The translations under genes were made by a program, and so were the position numbers. Shown piece after piece: positions 59,337 through 64,000 of a stretch of 64,000 nucleotides of DNA (the first letter of the stretch is position 1; each line of letters begins with the position of its first letter). Below the pieces are notes generated by a model. The model saw nothing but the letters and a program-made list of their open reading frames with translations. It was not told the DNA's origin and ran no database searches. This DNA comes from a virus: positions 6,203-70,202 of IMG/VR virus record IMGVR_UViG_3300047095_001251; one strand, given 5' to 3'.

Positions 59337-59699
59337 TTATATATTTAATTTTTCTTTTAATAATTCTTTAATTATATTTATATCCAAATTTAAAATTTCG
59401 CCGCTCAAAAAAACATGCGCAATTCTATTTTTAAAAATAATAATAAATGAATAATCAGATCTGCCTATTTCCAACATAGCGAATCCAATATCAGATTCCC
59501 AATTTAAAGTTATATTCCCAGTTATTTCAATATGTGCGTCTTCTGGGATTAATACATTATTTAAATCATTAATAACACTTAATGCATTATTAATTATCTT
59601 TAAATCAGGAGGAATAGCATTATATCCATCCCAATTATTTGGGAAATTACCAAATTCAATAATTTCTTTTTTAATCTCCCAACGATTTAACATATTCAT
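59337..59699 (-). CDS. hypothetical protein (NWDGY motif)
   Basis: NNWDGYNAIPPD...GNITLNW. Confidence 0.6.
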   Translation of the reverse strand: MNMLNRWEIKKEIIEFGNFPNNWDGYNAIPPDLKIINNALSVINDLNNVLIPEDAHIEITGNITLNWESDIGFAMLEIGRSDYSFIIIFKNRIAHVFLSGEILNLDINIIKELLKEKLNI

Positions 59700-62184
59700 C
59701 TGTAATATATTGTGCTAATTTAATAACCATTCTTCCATGAGTAGTAATCGTTTGTGCCAAATAATGATTAGAGTACCTAAATGTTTTTTGACCAAAACAA
59801 CCATAAATTGAATTAGACGCAACTTTAATCGCTAACTGTTTATTATTATAAAATTTATAATCTTCAGATCCAACTGGATACTTAAACATGTTATTCTTAG
59901 CTATAGTTCTCATACTTTTTAAATTTCTTAAATTCTCTGAGAATAATCCTAAATACTCTTCATGTTTAGAGAAACAACATCCAGTAATTGAAAAACTATA
60001 ATTTTTTATAAACTCAATAGTCTGATTGAAGGTTAGCCTTTCTATATATTTTTTAGGAGTGTGAATATCCTTTATCATATATAAATATTCATAATTCTTA
60101 ATTACATTCTCATGTTTATCAAAAATATAATCATATGCAAAATTATTATATTCTTTATTATTAGGATGTACTTCTTCAAATATATCTAAGAAAGGAATTA
60201 AATATTTAGATAATAAAATATTAGCCTTATCATTCTGGGGATTCATTATTTGACTTAATGTCAATCTAGAATCAAATAATACTTTTAATAACTTACTTAT
60301 TAAATAATAATACATAATTAATAATTCTCTCTTTTTAGAAGGGTTTTCCTCTTTAATAAATGTGTCAACTATTTCAAAAATTTTATTGTTTACCTTTGGA
60401 TCTAAATCACATTTTCCTAAATTATTATCAAGAAATGTAATAAAATTATAAGTAATCGGATTAATAATTTTACTTTTTAATGTATCAAATCCAATATTAG
60501 ATTGTAAAATCATACTAGGATATAGAGAAGTATTACAAACACCAACCCCACTACCTGCAAAAAACCTCTGAGTTTCCTCTACACTAATATCATAAACATG
60601 TCCAACATAAGTCTCTTTTTTAATATCTATAATTTTACTAATACATATCTCTTCTTTATATGCACTATCTAAAACTACTAGTTCATCACCGATTTTAAGA
60701 TATTCCGCTTTAATTTTCTCTACACTATTCGTTAATCTGTTAAAGAAAAATATGGAATGATTTGAAGTAACAGTTACACTCCTATTGTTTTCAGTTTTAA
60801 CAGTTATTAAATTTTTAAACCATTCCTTTTCTATTTTCCCAAGGATGTTCCTCCAACAAATATTGTTATTATCATCCCAAGTTAATGCTAAATCTCCAGG
60901 AATAAAATTATAATCTCTAAATTTCTCAATATAAATTATCCCATCCCGTTTATAAAATATGGTTTCCCATGGCGGAAGACTCGCATCTAAATCCATAATT
61001 AACCCTTTGTTAATAATTTTTGCAGTAGACTTCTTTACATAAGCTCCATCAAATTTTGCAGCTATACTTCTAAAATCACTACTCTCAATATCTAATGGTA
61101 AAATTATACCCTTCCTGTTTCTTGGTTGCGGAATATCCTTAAACTCGTCAGATTTATAACTAATCGAATTCTCAGTGTTTATTCCATGTCTAATCTTATT
61201 ATTTTTTTCTGTTAATTTATATAAAATATAACTATCATATAACGCACTATTGCCAATTAAACTTCTGGTATAAGGAGTGAATTGCATCCTTCTAATTAAA
61301 TTATGTAACTCAATATGTTTTAATTTTTCATCCAATTTAACTACAAGAATTACATCAATTAAATTATATAATAAATAATTAATAGGATCCATTAGAAAAA
61401 ATTCATCTAAATTTTTATTCGTTCCCTTATATTCAAATTTCTTTAATTTTAATTCAACATCAGATATGAAATCTAAACTATAACTGGCTAACGTTTTCCC
61501 GTAATTTAATCCGTATTCAGATCTCGGTTTATAAAATAATTGAACATCTCCATTACCATACTCAGGTATTTTTACCTTTTTACCATCGAAGGAAACATGA
61601 TTAAATTTACTAATCACACTATTCGTTTCATCATTATAATATTGAAGCGTCCTACGATATATATAAGGAGTGTCGAAGTTATCTGAATTAAACCCACCTA
61701 AAACAGTAGGATCTAATCTTTTTAATTCATTCCAAAAAGAAGTAATTAAATCTATTTCTTTATCAAATATTTTAATACTGATATTTATATCATTTTCTTT
61801 TTTGAAATAATCAAAATCAATTAATTGTTTCTTATAGTCTTTAATATAATTAGAAATATTTTCTTCTAAAAATTTATCCTTAATCGAGTCTATTAATAAT
61901 ATATAACAATGATATATATTTTCTTTAGTACTAAAAAACGTCAACGCATTAATAGGAAAATCCGATCTATTAAAATCAAATCTAATATTTGGATTATCTT
62001 TAAATACTTCAATATCATAAAATACCCTATGCAATGATTGATTATAATTGTCAATATTATCATTCTTATTTTCTAAATAATATTGAGTAGAGAAATAAAT
62101 AGGCAAGTTTAAATCTGAATTATAGAAATTGTAATATTTTAAATTTCCAGATTTAATTTCATTAACTAATTCATTAAATTCCAC
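59671..62184 (-). CDS. polB: family B DNA polymerase, N-terminal part (exonuclease plus motifs A and B), intein-containing, lacking motif C
   Basis: ExoI YDIE, ExoII GFNSDNFD, ExoIII YNLID, motif A DLDA[intein]TSLYPS, motif B KVASNSIYG; ORF ends before any YGDTDS. Confidence 0.9.
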   Translation of the reverse strand: MEFNELVNEIKSGNLKYYNFYNSDLNLPIYFSTQYYLENKNDNIDNYNQSLHRVFYDIEVFKDNPNIRFDFNRSDFPINALTFFSTKENIYHCYILLIDSIKDKFLEENISNYIKDYKKQLIDFDYFKKENDINISIKIFDKEIDLITSFWNELKRLDPTVLGGFNSDNFDTPYIYRRTLQYYNDETNSVISKFNHVSFDGKKVKIPEYGNGDVQLFYKPRSEYGLNYGKTLASYSLDFISDVELKLKKFEYKGTNKNLDEFFLMDPINYLLYNLIDVILVVKLDEKLKHIELHNLIRRMQFTPYTRSLIGNSALYDSYILYKLTEKNNKIRHGINTENSISYKSDEFKDIPQPRNRKGIILPLDIESSDFRSIAAKFDGAYVKKSTAKIINKGLIMDLDASLPPWETIFYKRDGIIYIEKFRDYNFIPGDLALTWDDNNNICWRNILGKIEKEWFKNLITVKTENNRSVTVTSNHSIFFFNRLTNSVEKIKAEYLKIGDELVVLDSAYKEEICISKIIDIKKETYVGHVYDISVEETQRFFAGSGVGVCNTSLYPSMILQSNIGFDTLKSKIINPITYNFITFLDNNLGKCDLDPKVNNKIFEIVDTFIKEENPSKKRELLIMYYYLISKLLKVLFDSRLTLSQIMNPQNDKANILLSKYLIPFLDIFEEVHPNNKEYNNFAYDYIFDKHENVIKNYEYLYMIKDIHTPKKYIERLTFNQTIEFIKNYSFSITGCCFSKHEEYLGLFSENLRNLKSMRTIAKNNMFKYPVGSEDYKFYNNKQLAIKVASNSIYGCFGQKTFRYSNHYLAQTITTHGRMVIKLAQYITDEYVKSLGD
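60532..60981 (-). mobile_element. 150-aa mini-intein in PolB motif A
   Basis: Starts SLPPWETI, block B VTSNHSIF, block F VYDISVE, ends GVCN followed by T; removal restores DLDATSLYPS. Confidence 0.9.
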
Positions 62185-62197
62185 CGTTAAAAATCCT

Positions 62198-62353
62198 TAA
62201 CCAACCGGAAGTTCTTTACTCCACTCTGCTTTTAATTTTTTAAATTCCTTATTATATCTATCACGATTTATTTTATTACAATTACATTTAGATTCTGAAT
62301 AATTACATTTTTTACAAATATCTTCTTCAATTTGTCTGGAAATGACTATCATC
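62198..62353 (-). CDS. small Cys-rich protein (not in ORF track)
   Basis: MIVISRQIEEDICKKCNYSESKCNCNK...LPVG*, directly upstream of polB. Confidence 0.45.
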
Positions 62354-62370
62354 TTATCACCTTTATCACA

Positions 62371-62904
62371 TTAGTTCAAAAAACAATCTAATAACCCAAT
62401 TTCTTTTAATTTATAATATAATTTATCAATCGAATCTCCATTCTGCTTACTCTTAGTATCATCTAAGAATATTAAAGGTAAAACTCTATTGGAATGTAAT
62501 AACTCAATTTTATAAGTGTTAGACATATTAATTAGAATAATCTCTTTTCTTTCATTTAAATTTGAATTATTTTTAAGTTCAATTAATTTATTATATACTA
62601 ATAATAGTTCTTTTTGAATTTTATATTCTTCATTATTTTTTAAATATTCATTTAATTTAATAATAGTGTCTTCTACCGCATCCCGTTTATATAGAAAATT
62701 AATAATATCAACTCTGTCTCCATAAGTTTTTTTAATTTTCGTATCTAACTTATTTAAAAATAACTGCTTTTTATCAGAAAATGCTTTTTTAACTATAACT
62801 AAATTTAACCAGTCATAAATATAAATTATTTTTTTAATTATGGTTTTTCTTTTAACACTTTCTAATAAATTAATTAATTCTAATTCTCTTTCTCTATAAG
62901 GCAT
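62371..62904 (-). CDS. hypothetical protein
   Basis: AGGAG RBS; promoter motif 62969-62984. Confidence 0.6.
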   Translation of the reverse strand: MPYRERELELINLLESVKRKTIIKKIIYIYDWLNLVIVKKAFSDKKQLFLNKLDTKIKKTYGDRVDIINFLYKRDAVEDTIIKLNEYLKNNEEYKIQKELLLVYNKLIELKNNSNLNERKEIILINMSNTYKIELLHSNRVLPLIFLDDTKSKQNGDSIDKLYYKLKEIGLLDCFLN

Positions 62905-63038
62905 TTGAAGAAACTCCTATTAAGTAAAATTAATATTTAAAAAATAATCTACTACTAGATATATTTAGTAATATCTTTATGAAATTTTTAAAAAAATAAA
63001 ATCGGACAGGTTTCCCTGCCCGTTTCGAAAATCAATGA

Positions 63039-63776
63039 TCAAACAATCAATTCAAGTTTACTATAATGTGTATTAGTATAGTCTGGATAACCATACGGAT
63101 TGCAAATCACACGAGTTCGGTCCATTGAATAATCAAACGTCGTATGCGTATGTCCATGGATCCACAACAGTGGTTGGTACTCGTATATCAGTTCATCCAA
63201 AGATGAGGCAAATGCTCCATTTGTTCTCTCGTGTCTGTATTGAGGTTTAATCGATTGATAGCTTGGGGCATGATGTGTAATTACAACAGATCTGCTATTC
63301 TTTCTTAATTCAGAATCTATGAACAATCTATGAAAACGGTGTATTAACACGGCATCATCTGTAGTAAAATGTTTGATTACAGAGAAATCATTTACACCTG
63401 CTTGACAATCCATCTTTGACAACGGGTTATTGTTATCAAAATCAGACCACAAAGTACATCCGATAAAATTTATACTTTCTATTTCAACTGATTTCCTGTT
63501 TAACACATGAAGATTTGCTATATCGAGACCGGATAATAACTTGTTTACAAGGTCAATTGAACAACCATAATATTCATGGTTACCCGGAACATACAATACA
63601 TGTTTGAATTTCGAACATATAATTCTCAATACAAATTCCAAACTTGGAACTGTAGATATATCACCCGCTAAAACCAAACAACCGTTCTTGTCCGATCCCA
63701 ATACCATATCAATGTATCTCTCGTGATCAAACTTAATAAACTCCAAATGTAAATCACTCGCAATTAGGATTTTCAT
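63039..63776 (-). CDS. calcineurin-like metallophosphoesterase
   Basis: SDLHLE, LAGDI, VPGNHEYY, ITHHAP, WIHGHTH. Confidence 0.92.
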   Translation of the reverse strand: MKILIASDLHLEFIKFDHERYIDMVLGSDKNGCLVLAGDISTVPSLEFVLRIICSKFKHVLYVPGNHEYYGCSIDLVNKLLSGLDIANLHVLNRKSVEIESINFIGCTLWSDFDNNNPLSKMDCQAGVNDFSVIKHFTTDDAVLIHRFHRLFIDSELRKNSRSVVITHHAPSYQSIKPQYRHERTNGAFASSLDELIYEYQPLLWIHGHTHTTFDYSMDRTRVICNPYGYPDYTNTHYSKLELIV

Positions 63777-63853
63777 CTTTACCCCTTAGTGAATTATAGT
63801 TAATTAATCAACGATTAATACATTATACAATATCTTTATGAAATTCTTTAAAA

Positions 63854-64000
63854 GTGAACTACCACCTACTGAAAGTAGGTGGCTTCTAGACAAAGTCTAG
63901 AATTTTTACGTATCTATAAAGCATACGTTTCCAACTTATTATTCATAGATACATATCGTCATCAAAAAAGACAATATTTTCACCATTAAATAATAATTGG
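63854..64000 (-). mobile_element. right end / omega-RNA region of a second IS200/IS605-family element (rest outside window)
   Basis: Minus strand reads ...CTAGAAGCCACCTAC-TTTCA-GTAGGTGGTAGTTCAC, preceded by further hairpins. Confidence 0.65.

Noticed and set aside
1-64000. Stop-codon reassignment as seen in some jumbo phages
   Set aside because: Core genes are full length in the standard code, and TAG and TGA end genes at sensible positions
1-64000. tRNA or rRNA genes
   Set aside because: No cloverleaf or rRNA-like sequence recognised by eye; tRNAscan-SE would be needed to exclude them

Overview
This is a 64-kb, very AT-rich segment of a large tailed (jumbo, myovirus-type) bacteriophage using the standard genetic code. 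The + strand carries the virion and replication core: a PAAR fragment, UvsX/RecA, a Cas4-like nuclease, baseplate proteins, TerL, a tape-measure-like protein with lysozyme and M23 domains, a DnaB-like helicase, portal, prohead protease, major capsid, tail sheath and tail tube. Accessory islands lie at about 24.4-34.3 kb and 52.9-64 kb, mostly behind one recurring promoter-like motif (TTTCATAAAGATATTATATA). Highlights: (1) an unannotated, fully foldable 289-nt group I intron whose splicing fuses a tail/baseplate chaperone-like ORF in frame to the next ORF, while the unspliced RNA gives a short form, resembling a G/GT isoform switch made by splicing instead of frameshifting; (2) a RiPP-like pair of a 33-aa CxxCxxC precursor peptide, missed by the ORF track, and a radical SAM/SPASM maturase; (3) nine divergent small proteins sharing a C-terminal tag; (4) a shared N-terminal leader on LigD-type repair modules that suggests capsid packaging; (5) a strand-biased GC-rich 15-mer dispersed across the window; (6) a split family-B polymerase with an atypical mini-intein; (7) an IS608-like TnpA/TnpB element inside a ~140-bp inverted repeat; (8) pseudo-receiver/STAS signalling genes and a GT9 glycosyltransferase that point to a Gram-negative host. 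All calls come from reading motifs by eye; no database searches were run.
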